A stretch of DNA of 64,000 nt from an uncultured Clostridium sp. (lineage in GTDB: Bacteria > Bacillota > Clostridia > TANB77 > CAG-508). Under the pieces are notes generated by a model. It saw only the letters and a list, made by a program, of their open reading frames with translations. It made no database searches and had not been told where the DNA came from. Position numbers and translations under genes: made by a program. Location: the NCBI GenBank assembly GCA_947646915.1, contig CANSII010000001.1:9635-73634 (forward strand), read 5' to 3'. Shown piece after piece: positions 20,221-32,847 of the stretch (the stretch's first letter is position 1; every line of letters begins with the position of its first letter).

Positions 20221-22629
20221 ATGTTTAATATAAAATGTAACAAACGAAATTACAAAAGAGTGGTGAATATATTGAACAATTCAAAAAAAAGAAAATACTA
20301 TAAAAAATCAACAAAACAAACTAATCAAAAAAGCAACTTGAAGGACACGCAAATATCAAAGAAAACTTCAAATACACAAAAAGAAACAAAAAATAACAAA
20401 ATTGTTAAGATGAATTCTAAATTTGAATCTCAAAATTTTATACATACAAGAAAGATAAAAAATATATTTATTATTGTTATTATAATATTTGTACTATTAT
20501 TGTGTAGACTAGGTTATCTTCAATTTGTTCAAGGCTCATACTTAAAAGAATTAGCATATAATCAACAAACAATTAATCAAATAATAAGTCCAAAAAGAGG
20601 ATCTATATATGATTCCACAGGTAAAGTCTTAGCTACCAGTGCATCTGTTGATACTATAACAATTAACCCTACAAGAATAAAAAATAAAGATAATGATAAG
20701 ACCAAAACAGCAGAACTTAAAGAAGCTGTAGCAAAAGCACTTTCTGATATTTTTGAACTTAATTATGAAGAAACTCTAAATAAAGTAAATAGTACAGCTC
20801 AAGTTGAAACAATAGCAAAAAAAGTAGAACAAGATAAAGTTGAAAAACTTAAAACATGGATGAAAGAAAATAAGATAACTGTAGGAATAAACATTGATGA
20901 AGATACAAAAAGATATTATCCATACAGTACTGTTTTATCTCATGTTTTAGGATCTTGTGGAAATGATAATCAAGGTTTAGCTGGTCTTGAGAATGAATGG
21001 GATGAAGTTCTTTCAGGAACACCAGGTAAAATTGTTAGTTCTAAAAGTGCAAGTCAAGAAGAGATACCAAATGCAGAAGAAACATATATAGCAGCTGAAA
21101 ATGGTAGCGATTTAACTCTCACAATAGACCTTAATATACAAACAATTGTCGAAAAATATTTGCAACAAGCTGTTGACAATTATTCATGTGAAAATGGTGG
21201 TAGTTGTATAGTAATGAATCCTAAAAATGGGGACATTTTAGCAATGGCAACATATCCAAATTATGATTTAAATAATGCTTTTACACCAAATTTATATGTT
21301 GCTAAAACATACAGTGGGCTAGATGTAGAAGGAAAAAATGAGGCCATTTATAAAATGTGGTCTAATAAATCTATATCTGAATTATATGAACCAGGTTCTG
21401 TATTTAAAATTATTACTTCTGCAATAGCTCTTGAAGAAAATATAACTGGTACAGATGTAAATAATGATTTTTATTGTAGTGGTTCTGAAAATGTTACAGG
21501 GATTTCTGTAAATTGTTGGGCTGATCATCCACATTATCATCAAACTTTAAAACAAGCTATGCAAAACTCTTGCAATCCAGCCTTTATACAACTTGGTAAT
21601 CGAATTGGAACTCAAACATTATATAAATATTTTAAAGCTTTTGGTTTCTTTAATACAACTGGTATAGATTTACCTGGTGAAGCAAACTCAATGTTTATTC
21701 CTGAAAGTGATGTTAAACCAATTGAAAGAGCAACAATGTCTTTTGGACAACGTTTTAGTATAACACCCCTAAAAATGATTACAGCTGTTTCTGCAGTAGT
21801 TAATGATGGAATTTTAATGAAACCAAGGATTGTAAAGTCAATTACAAATACTGATACAGGAGTAATAACTACAGTTGATACAGAAGAAGTTAGACAAGTT
21901 ATATCTACTGAAACATCTTCTAAAATGAAGTCTGTTATGCAATCTGTTGTAGAATATGGCTCTGGATGGAGAGGTAGTGTAACAGGATACACAGTTGGTG
22001 GCAAAACTGGTACTTCTGAACCAATAACTGGTAGAGAAGAAATTGATGGATATGTTGCATCTTTTATTGCAATATCTCCTGTTGAGGATACTCAAGTTGT
22101 ATTATTGCTTACATTATACAACCCTCCAAAAGATAATCATAATGGTGGAACATTAGCTGCACCTGTAGTATCTCAAATGTTAACCGAAATTTTACCTTAT
22201 TTAGGAGTACCTTCTAAAACTGAAGAAGCTGATAATGAGAATTTAAAAACAGTTATAGATGTAAGAAATAAAACAATTACTGAAGCAGAGAAAAAGCTTA
22301 AAGAATCTGGATTTACTGCAATAACTAATTCAACTAATGATAAAAATTCTACTGTTGTTGTTGATCAAGTTCCAAAGCCTGGAGCAATATTATCAGAAGA
22401 CTCTATAGTTATGTTATATGATCAAACAACTAGAACTTCAACAACAGTACCAGACCTAACAGGAAAAAGTGCTTATCAAGCCACAAGTGACCTAAAAAAT
22501 CTAAATTTAAATATTAAACTTGAGGGAACTGGAACTGTAGTATCTCAAGATCCTCCAAAAGGTTCTCAAGTTGATGAAGGTTCTGTAATAAAAGTTACTT
22601 TAAAACAAGCAAATAATGGACATAATTAA
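20221..22629 (+). CDS. Class B penicillin-binding protein (SpoVD/FtsI-like) with two PASTA domains
   Basis: RGSIYD, RYYP, EPGSVFK (SxxK), SCN, KTGT; start codon uncertain. Confidence 0.9.
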   Translation: MFNIKCNKRNYKRVVNILNNSKKRKYYKKSTKQTNQKSNLKDTQISKKTSNTQKETKNNKIVKMNSKFESQNFIHTRKIKNIFIIVIIIFVLLLCRLGYLQFVQGSYLKELAYNQQTINQIISPKRGSIYDSTGKVLATSASVDTITINPTRIKNKDNDKTKTAELKEAVAKALSDIFELNYEETLNKVNSTAQVETIAKKVEQDKVEKLKTWMKENKITVGINIDEDTKRYYPYSTVLSHVLGSCGNDNQGLAGLENEWDEVLSGTPGKIVSSKSASQEEIPNAEETYIAAENGSDLTLTIDLNIQTIVEKYLQQAVDNYSCENGGSCIVMNPKNGDILAMATYPNYDLNNAFTPNLYVAKTYSGLDVEGKNEAIYKMWSNKSISELYEPGSVFKIITSAIALEENITGTDVNNDFYCSGSENVTGISVNCWADHPHYHQTLKQAMQNSCNPAFIQLGNRIGTQTLYKYFKAFGFFNTTGIDLPGEANSMFIPESDVKPIERATMSFGQRFSITPLKMITAVSAVVNDGILMKPRIVKSITNTDTGVITTVDTEEVRQVISTETSSKMKSVMQSVVEYGSGWRGSVTGYTVGGKTGTSEPITGREEIDGYVASFIAISPVEDTQVVLLLTLYNPPKDNHNGGTLAAPVVSQMLTEILPYLGVPSKTEEADNENLKTVIDVRNKTITEAEKKLKESGFTAITNSTNDKNSTVVVDQVPKPGAILSEDSIVMLYDQTTRTSTTVPDLTGKSAYQATSDLKNLNLNIKLEGTGTVVSQDPPKGSQVDEGSVIKVTLKQANNGHN

Positions 22630-22640
22630 ATTTTTGTAAT

Positions 22641-22675
22641 GTTAGAAGTTGGAACTTATAAAACCAACTTCTAAC
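22641..22675 (+). terminator. Intrinsic terminator
   Basis: GTTAGAAGTTGG...CCAACTTCTAAC followed by a T-run. Confidence 0.7.
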
Positions 22676-22747
22676 TTTTACTCTTTTTTTTATATTATAA
22701 AAATAATAATATTTATCTGAAAAAACGAGTTTGACTTGAGTTGTTAT

Positions 22748-23383
22748 TTATTCCATTTTCTCTTTCTCCCAATATTCTTCCAATAAAACATCTAATTGTT
22801 TTATACACTCATTTTTATTCAAAATACTCTCTAATGTATATTTATCACATCCTTTTAAATAAGAAACCCACTGTTCCTTTCTTGTAAGCTCTTTATTATT
22901 GCAATGAAATTTTGGTAACTCTATAACTTGCATTTCTAATTCTTCTAAACATACATCACCTTCATCTGATTTAACCTTTATAACTTTGTCATATTTTAGG
23001 GAATTAAAATATACGAAATCAAGAATATTTATTGTTGCAGTTCTAGCAAATTCTCGTTTATCATCATATTCTACTTGATTTAAATGAATTTGAGAATAGT
23101 ATAATAACATTTTAGTTTGAATATAATATAATCCATCTATAAATTGTATTCCTACATTTATTTCTTCCTCATCTTCTGTTTTTAATCTTACATCTGCAAT
23201 TCCAAAATTTTCTTCTTTTGGCAAATATAATTCTCTTTTGCTTAAATATGGATTTAGTTCAATTTTCTTAACTTCTATGTTTAAAATTGCTTCTATAAAA
23301 TCTTTTAATATATCTATATTTTCTTGAGTATTTAAGATTTTTCGTAATACATAATTACTTTTTGATACAAATTTTCTATTCGT
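22748..23383 (-). CDS. Divergent Rpn-like PD-(D/E)XK protein; probable ACG start
   Basis: Open in-frame extension FVSKSNYVLRKIL...LKDFIEAIL; ADV...NVGIQ; VIELPKF; GGAGGT SD 7 nt before ACG. Confidence 0.7.
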   Translation of the reverse strand, partial: TNRKFVSKSNYVLRKILNTQENIDILKDFIEAILNIEVKKIELNPYLSKRELYLPKEENFGIADVRLKTEDEEEINVGIQFIDGLYYIQTKMLLYYSQIHLNQVEYDDKREFARTATINILDFVYFNSLKYDKVIKVKSDEGDVCLEELEMQVIELPKFHCNNKELTRKEQWVSYLKGCDKYTLESILNKNECIKQLDVLLEEYWEKEKME

Positions 23384-23612
23384 TGAAATTACCTCCTATT
23401 TGAATTTAATTACTTTTTGGATATTTTAATATCGATATAAAAACTTGATAAAATTTATTTTGATTAAAAAATATGATTAAATTATAACTTGATATTTTTT
23501 CCTTGTCAACATTTTATTAAATTTTTTTCAAAAAAATATCGCAAAATTCGACTATTTTCGATTTTTGCAATATTTTTTTGTCCATCAGGTGCATTTTTTG
23601 ATTTATGCATTA

Positions 23613-24360
23613 TTAATTAGTAGCAATATAGTATCCTACTCCTCTTTTAGTAATCAAAATTTTAGGTGCAGAAGTATCTTCTTCAATTTTTTCTCTTATT
23701 CTTCTAACAGTAACATCAACAGTTCTGATATCACCATAATATTCATAACCCCAAACTTTCTCTAGTAAAACTTCTCTTGTAACTACTTGACCGAGGTTGA
23801 GAGGCTAAAAATTTTAAGACTTCAAACTCTCTTAAAGTTAAATCCATTATCTTTCCTTTAATTTTAACTTCAAATCTATCTAAATCCAATTCTAGGTCAT
23901 TTACTTTTATTACATTTTCTTCTTTAACTTGAGTATTTTCAGCAAATGATGTGTCATCTTTTCTAACACTTGCCATTTCGTTTTTTCTTAAATTAGCCTT
24001 AACTCTAGCCATTAACTCTCTTACACTAAAAGGTTTAGTAATATAATCATCAGCTCCAAGTTCTAAACCAACTATTTTATCTATTTCTGCATCTTTTGCT
24101 GTTAGCATTAATATTGGAATATTTAATTGATTTTTAACTCTTTTACATACAGATAGTCCATCTAATTTTGGTAACATGATATCTAATAACATCAAATCAG
24201 GTTTTTCTTCTAAAGCAATATTAACTGCACTTATTCCATCTGTTGCTTCTATTGTTTCATACCCTTCTTTTTTCAAATTATATACTAATACATCTATAAT
24301 CGCTTGTTCATCATCAACTATTAATACTTTTTTTGTTTCTATTTCAATATTTTCTTCCAC
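23613..24360 (-). CDS. walR: OmpR-family response regulator, WalR/YycF-like, 248 aa after +1 shift at CGG 23793-23791
   Basis: Receiver domain; second frame gives [37 protein letters not shown]...TKRGVGYY. Confidence 0.75.
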
Positions 24361-24525
24361 AGAAATTCCGCCCTTCCTTAGCCTTATTTTATAATATATT
24401 TATATCACATATTTTTTCTTTGTACAAGTATTTTTTTATTTAAGTTTTTGTTTTTTTTATGTTCCAATTAAGATGTGTCTCTTTTGACCAAAAATGTCCA
24501 AAGAGAAACATCCCCTTTGGACATT

Positions 24526-27500
24526 TTACATAATTACCTCAACATTATAAACTCCATTATCTTGCAGTTTTATTGCATTTTCAACAAAATCACCATTTAG
24601 TAACACCTTTTCTACTCCAAAATTTTTTCCATTAGGATTTTTAAACGTAATATTATAAAAACTATTTTTCCATTTATATCTGACATTATATTCTTTCCAA
24701 GATTTAGGGATACATGGTTCAAAAGTCATTATATTATTATTAACTTTAAGACCTAGTATATATTCTAAACCTGCCTTATAGTACCAACTACCAGATCCTG
24801 TATACCAAGTCCAGCCACCACGACCTGCCAAATTATTAGCTCCATAAATATCTGCTGGTATTACATATGGCTCAACCTTATATTTATTACAACTTTCTTT
24901 AGTTCTTGAATGTTCTATTGGATTTATCATCCTATAAAATTCTGTAGATTTATCACCAAATCCAAGCATAGCTTCTGCAATAATTGCCCAAATTGCAGCA
25001 TGTGTGTATTGCCCTCCATTTTCTCTTACTCCAGGTAAATATGATTTTATATATCCAGGATTTAACTTTCCTTTTTCAAATGGTGGATCTAGTAATTTTA
25101 TTAATCCATTTTCCTTATCAACAAGATGATTTTCTAAACTTTCCATAGATATAAATTTTTTATCATTATCACCTGCATTAGAAATAATACTCCAACTTTG
25201 TGCAATACTGTCTATTCTACACTCATCATTTTCCATACTTCCTAAAATATTACCATCATCCATAAATGCTCTCTTAAACCAACTTCCATCCCATCCATCT
25301 GTATTTAATGCTTTTTTTAGTTGTTGCATTACTTTTTCATATTTTTCTTCTTTCTCTTTTAAATCTGTTAACTCTAACATCTGTTTTCCAGCATCTACAA
25401 CTTTACTTCTGACCTCTATTTCTTTTATTATCTTTATAAACCTATCTAATATATTATACAAGAAAAATCCAAGCCAAACACTTTCTCCAATTCCCTTAGT
25501 ACCAACATTACTTAATCCATCATTCCAATCTCCTGAGCCTATTTTAGGAAGTCCATTTTGTCCAAAGTTAAGGCTTCTTTCAATTGCCTTAATACAATGC
25601 TCTAATATTGATCCTTTAAATGATGTTTTTTCATATTTGTCATATTTTTCATTTTGATTTTGTTCTAATTCCTTTCCAGTTAAATAAGAAGTTTCAATTC
25701 CTAATATAGAATAGTCACCTGTAAATTCTATATATTCACATGTTAAATAAACAATCCATAATAAATCATCTGAGAATTTTGTTCTAATACCTCTTCCTGT
25801 TTCATCATGCCACCAATGTTCAACATCTCCCTCTAAAAATTGATGCTCACTATGCTTTATAATTTGCAATTTTAAGATATTTGAATCAATATATTTTAAT
25901 CCTATAGTGTCTTGTAGCTGATCTCTAAATCCAAATGCCCCCCCAGATTGATAAAATCCTGTTCTTGCTTGCAATCTACTTTGAATTATTTGATATACAC
26001 ACCATCCATTTAATATTATATTCATAGATTCTAATGGTGTATAAACTTGCATCCTATCTAATAAGTTTCTCCAATAACTTTTTACATTTTCTAATTCTTG
26101 TTTACAATTTTGTATTTTGCTATACTTATATGCAATTTTTTTACTATCTTGTACAATTTCTTCTGCTCCAAGTATAAACACTATTTCCTTTTCTGAAAAG
26201 CCATCTACTTCAATTTCTATTTCATATGCAATACATGGTTTTTTGCCTAAACTATTTTCGTTATTTAAACTTGGCTTTCTTATACTATCAGGATTTGATA
26301 TTCCGCCTTCCCCAAAAAAGAATTGTTTATCTCCTGTATAACTTTTTAATTTTTCACTATTGGCTACATATATTACATCATCTTTAAACTCACTATTATA
26401 TAAATTTTTTGCACAAATTATATTATTATTTGAATCATATTCTAAATTTATATATCCATTTGATTTTAATTCATCTTCTCCTAATACAGGCTTCATATAA
26501 TATAAGATTTTTATTTTTTTTCTATTTAATTCTGTATTTTTTAATTTTAAAATTCCTATTTTTACACTATCTTCTTTTGGTACAAAAACATTATATTCTT
26601 GCTCTATTCCGCAATTTTTATTAATATATTTTGTATAACCAAAACCATAAATAACATTATAATTTTTCTTATTTGGCATTGGATTTAATCCTAAAGACCA
26701 TGCTTCTGAGGTTTCTGTATCTTTTATATAAATTACCTCTGATGGAACATCTAAATTTGCTTGATTTCCCCATGATGTTACTCTATTTAATCTACTATTT
26801 TTATACCAAGTATATCCCCCCATATTTTCTGTAACAAGTGTTCCAAATTTTTCATTAGACATAATATGCGACCACACTGTTGGCAATCTATTTTCTTTAT
26901 TTACTTTAATATAATACTCTTTTCCATCTTCTGAAAATGCACCATATTCATTATAATATTTAAGTTTTTCTGAATTTTGTAAAATATCTATATCATCTGT
27001 ACTTTCATTTTTTAATAGATTTTTTTCAGGTTCATCTTCTATCATCTTATATTTTTCTAAATATTCTTCTTCTACATCTCTAAGTGCATTTTTAATTCCA
27101 CCTTTACTTCCATCAATAATAATTGTAGAAATAAATTTTAATAAATTAAAATCTTCTTTACTTATTTCATTTTTATTGATTTCAAATATACCACCTTTTA
27201 TATTTTTTAAATAGGCTAGTTGGCTATTTTGAATTGTTCCTTCTATTTCTTCTCTTACATAATTTTCGTAACTATGCTTTTCTTCATCTATTATTACTAA
27301 CTCTGTAATAAAATTTTTAGTTCTAAAAAATTCATAAGCTTTTAATACTTCTTTAATAACATACGAATCATTAATATCTTTTATTTTTACTAAAATTATT
27401 GGTAAATCTCCTGATATACCATATTTCCACAATTCGCTTTGTTGATATTTTTGTTTTGGTAATTTTTCTAAATTTACTTTTTTCATAGGATTATTAAATA

Positions 27501-30500
27501 AAATATATGATAGTATTTTTTGATAATCTGTAATTTCTTTTCCTTTTATTCCTAAATATCTATTTTGTGCTTCATTTTTTGCTTTAGATAATTCAAATGA
27601 TTTTTTAATATTTTCTTCTATTTTATAATTTTTTACATCTTCTAAAACCTTTTCCTTACTTTCTCCTACTGAAATTATAAAATTAATTGTAGCCTTTTGT
27701 TTTGGTTGTATTTTAATTGCTCTTTTTAAGCTTACTACTGGTTCTGTTACAAGTCCTATTTTTTTAGAAAATGGAATTGAGTTTTTAACCATTTGAGGAA
27801 TACCAAAATTTCCTCTACCAATAAACTTTTCTTGATCAATTTCATATTCTAAATCCCCAATTATTTCACTATTTGTGGATAAGTTTACACACATGTACAA
27901 TTCTTGTTCATTTTCATCTCGTTTTTTTCTTTTTACTAAAATACTATTTGTTTCTTCATCAAATCCAAATATTAAAAATAAATTATTAAATGCTGGATGT
28001 GCATAATCTTGTTCTTGTCTTGATAGTACTGGTTCAAATAATGATGTTATTTCTAAAATTTCTTCATCATTTCCTAAATTTTCTAATGATATTTGTCTAA
28101 TTTCTATAGGTTCATCAGGGACAATTCCTGTTGTTATCTTTGTTTTAATATTGTCATTTACTACTTCCTGCTCTATTTTATCAGGCATAAAACTTATTTT
28201 ATATTTACCATCATTTTTGCTATATCTTGAACTCCATATTTTCTTTGATTTTATATTTTTAATATAGAAAAATATACCTTGAGGATAATCTTCTGTTGTT
28301 TTAAATCTATTTATAATTATATCTTTGTATTTGCTGATTCCTTCACCTTTTTGGTTCATTGCAATTGAATAATCATCATTTGAAATTACATTTCCTCTAA
28401 TTAGTCTTTCATCTATTTTTTTATAAGTGTTTACTATATAATCTTCATAATCAATATATTTTAGTTTTTCTATTTTTTCTTTATTTTCTTTTGTTATAAT
28501 TGCTGTTTCAGGCATTCTTTCTTGTAATAGAATATTTACTGCATTTATTTCAGGATTTTTAATAAATCTTTTTTGTAAAATATTATCATTAAACAAATTG
28601 TTAATTGATAGTAATATTAAACCTTGATGATGTGCCATATATGTTTTAACGGCACTTGATTGTGTTCCTTTTTCTAATCTATCAGGTGTAAAATCTATTG
28701 CTTCATAAAATCCATATTTTCCATACATTCCATATTGCTCTAGTCTTTTTAGATTTTGATATACTTCTTTTGGATAATCTGTAATTGCTAAAATACTTCC
28801 ATATGGTGCAACAACCATTTCATCTGCTAGTCCTCTTTTTAATCCAAGCCACGGAATTCCAAATGCTTTATATTGATAATTTGAATTTAAATCTTTCAAA
28901 TTAAATGCTGATTCTGATATTCCCCATGGTATTTGTAATTCTTTTGCATATTCCATTTGACTAATAACCATAAATTTACATGATTCATCTAAAAGACTTC
29001 CTTTATATTTTGGAATATTAATATTTGGCATTAAATACTCAAAAGCTGTTCCTGACCAAGATATTAAACCTTTATATTTTCCAAGTGTTGTTAATGTTCT
29101 ACTTAATGAATTCCAATGTTTTGCTGGTACATCTTTTTTTGCAATTGCTACTAAACTTGCTTGTCTTGCTTCAGATGCTAATAAATCATAATAAGAGTTT
29201 GTTAATTTATTATCTTCTATATTAAAACCAATTGAAAATAATCTGTGTTCTTTGTTATATAAATGTGAAAAATCTGTATTCTCTATTAATTTAGTTACAA
29301 TTTCTATTAGAAATCTAATATCTGACATCTGACTTCCGACTTCTGACTTCTGACCTCCGATCTCTGACCTCTGATTTCTCCTTTAGCCAACTCTTAACAA
29401 CATACAAATATCCTACAAAATTCCCACTATCTACAGTTGAAACATATCTAGGAATTAATGGCTCTTTTGTGCTTGTATTATACCAATTATATAAATGACC
29501 ATTCCATTTTTGTAAACTATCTATTGTACTTATTATATTTTTTAAAATATCAAAAGCTTTTTCATAATTTATAAATCCTAAATCACATGCAGAAATTACA
29601 GCTAACATTGATAAACCAATATTTGTAGAAGATGTTCTTTTTACTATTTTATTCTTTCTATCTTCTTGATAATTATCTGGCATTAAAAAATTATTTTCAT
29701 TATTTAAATAATTTTCAAAAAAACTCCATGTTCTTTTACCAATATCTAATATATAATTTTGTTCATTTTGATTTAAGATTTTAACTTTCTGAATTTCATT
29801 CTTCTCTTTGCTAATATACCACATAATTGCAGGGGCAATCATCCATAACATTCCTAAAATTAGGGCTAAAATACTTTTGTCATCAATATAAATAATTAAA
29901 GAAATTACACCTGTTATAACATTTATAAACATATTTTTATAATATGTTATAAAATCTGTTTTAGCTAACTTCTCCGCTTCTTCAGATGTCATCCATTCTA
30001 ATAAATGTTTATTAGATATTATAAGTCTATATAATGTTTTTAATACTGACTTTATTGCAGAATATGCCTTATATGGTAAGCAACCTAATGCTATTATTAT
30101 TCTAGCAAATATACCTTTAAAACCAGTAATTTTAGGTGTAAATGTTTTTTGTTTTTCTTCCCCTTCTTTTTTTCCTATTAAATAATTAAATAATTCTATT
30201 ATATAAGGAATCATTTCAATTATTATTAATAAACTATCTATTCCTAAAATATCTATATTGTATATTTTTCTAATAATATTAATATAAATTAACGCTACTA
30301 AAATAGAAACTTCAAAAAGACTTCTTCTTAAATTATCAAAAATTTTAAATTTTGATAATAAATTTAAAGGACTTTCTCTCCCAAGCCAACCTATAATCTG
30401 CCAATCTCCCCTAATCCATCTTGAAAGTCTATTCATAAAACTTGTATATTTTATAGGATATCCATCCATTAGCATAATATCTGATACTAAACCACATCTT

Positions 30501-32710
30501 AAATAACAACCTTCAAGTAAATCATGACTTAATATTTTATTCTCAGGTAATCTATTATTTAAAATTTGTGAAAATACTTGTAAATCATATATTCCCTTTC
30601 CTGTAAAAATTCCTTCTCTAAAATTATCTTGGTATATATCAGAAATTGCATTTGTATAACTATCTATTCCTCCTGCACCCGCAAATATTTTTGTAAATAT
30701 AGTTTTATAGCTTATATCTAAATTTATTCCTACTCGTGGTTGCATTATCCCATAACCATCAATTACTATATTTTTTTGTTTATCTATAATTGGTTTATTT
30801 AAAATATGTGCCATTGCACCAACTAGATCTAATGCAGAATTTAAAACTAAGTCTGTGTCTGCATCTAATGTAATTACATATTTTATATCTTTTATTGCAT
30901 CTATATTTTCTGCCTCTTCAATTGTATTTGCTTTAAATGGATTTTTTTCTTGATTTAAAATGTATTCATTAAATTGATTTAATAGTCCTCTTTTTCTTTC
31001 CCATCCTAAATAACAATTTTCCTTTTCATTCCAAACTCTTTTTCTATATATGAAACTAAATATTGGAAAATTATCATTATGATATTTTTCGTTTAATTTT
31101 TGTACTTGTTCTCTTCCCTCTTGTATAACATCATTATCAAATTCTTCATTTTCATTTTTACTTTGTGAACAATCTCCTAATAATGCAAAATATAAGTTTT
31201 TAGATTTATTTGCCAAATAATATCTCTCTAAGTTTTCCATCATTTCTTTTACTTTTTCTTTTGATTTTACTATTGTTGGAATTACTACTATTGTTGCATG
31301 TTGTTTATCAATTCCTTCAGAAAAGTCTATTTTAGGTATTATTTTTGGCTTTACAACTTTATTTAAAATATTTTGAATAATTTGTATTACAAATTCACTT
31401 GCAGGTATTAAAAATAGAATAAAGCTTGCAATTGCTATCCAATTATTTCTAATCTGTAAATTTAATACATAGCTTAAAAATCCCGATATCACTGTTGTTA
31501 AGATTATTATTGCTAAAATATATATTTTTGTTTTATTTTGCGGAGTATCTTCTTTTTTAGAGATATATTCTAATTTATCATATAATCTATTTATTCCTTT
31601 ATCTATTAAATAATATCCAATATGTGCTTTCTTATTTTCGCCTTCTTTTTCAAAGCTTTCTTGTGCTAATTCTAACATTTTTCTTGCTATATATATTTCT
31701 GATATTTTTGTTTTTTTACTTATTTCTTTTATTTTTCCTCTATAATATTCTTTTGTTTTATGATCCATTTTGCTATATACTTCTACTGGATCTCGCTTTA
31801 ATATTTCTTCTACTCCATTTATTTTTTCAAATATTTCTAAAAAATTTATTCTGTGTATTTCTTTTATACTTGTTATACTGTTTCCCATTAATACTTTTTG
31901 TGTAGCTATATCAAAGTGTTCTTTTTTTATGATGTCTGATACTGTTGTTCCTAACTTTTCTACAACTTCTTCTAATATGTTTAAATACGCATTTGCTTTT
32001 TTCCCATATCTTTTTAATATATATGCCATATATTCTATAAATGGATATCTCATGTCTTGTAACATTTCTTTTTCAATCTTTTTAGTATTATTTTTGAACT
32101 TTATATCATTTTTTTCTTTGTTTTCTATTAATCTTTCTGCAATGTTTTCTGCATGATATTTTTGCATTTGACTACTATATATTTTTGCACATACTTCTGT
32201 AATTTTTTCTATTATTGCTATTTGTAAAAATATTCCTATGTTCCATATCTCATCCATGCTAAGTGTTTTTTTACTTTGATAACTTTTTAAATAGTCTTCT
32301 AGGTTTTGTGTTTCTATTTTATTTTCTGTATATGCTACTATTTCTGATGCTAATACATATATTCTTGCAAATCCTTTATATTCTCCATTTGCTATCCCAA
32401 CAAAATTTATATATTTTTCTAGTGTTAGTTCTTTTTGTATTTGTTTTACTGTTTCTTCTATTATATAAAAATTGTCTAATAACCATTCTCCTGCTGGATG
32501 TATATTTATTCCTAGTTTTAGGTGTTCATTTAATTGGTTATATACTTCTTCTATGGCTTTATAATTTTCTATTAATTGTGGTATTGGATATGTTTCTTTT
32601 TGCGATTTTGTTGTTGTATTATGGCTTGCTGCTATTTTTTCTAAGTGGTTTTCTAACTGACTTTTTTCTAGCATCGCTCCTGTTATTTTTAATTTTTTGT
32701 TTTCTTTCAA
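24526..32710 (-). CDS. Cyclic beta-1,2-glucan synthase-like protein (NdvB/ChvB type: GT + glucoamylase-like + GH94), ~2727 aa after +1 shift at CGG 29359-29357
   Basis: WLLDNFY, GWERKRG, ITLDADT, SHDLLEG, RWIRGDWQ, YDLLASEAR, YQSGGAFGFRDQLQD, GDWNDG, ENGGQYTH. Confidence 0.85.
29312..29374 (-). repeat. Degenerate heptamer tandem repeat (TCAGAAG-like, 8-9 units)
   Basis: TCAGAGG TCAGAGA TCGGAGG TCAGAAG TCAGAAG TCGGAAG TCAGATG TCAGATA. Confidence 0.85.
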
Positions 32711-32847
32711 AAAAATTCCACTCCTTGCTTCAATAAGTTTTTCTTATTGTTTGCTAAAGAGTGGAAATTTATTCATATAATAGAAAGTTGTTTGAACTTT
32801 CTATTGTATGTATTTTTATAATTGTAAGCTAATAATTCAATTTTCTT

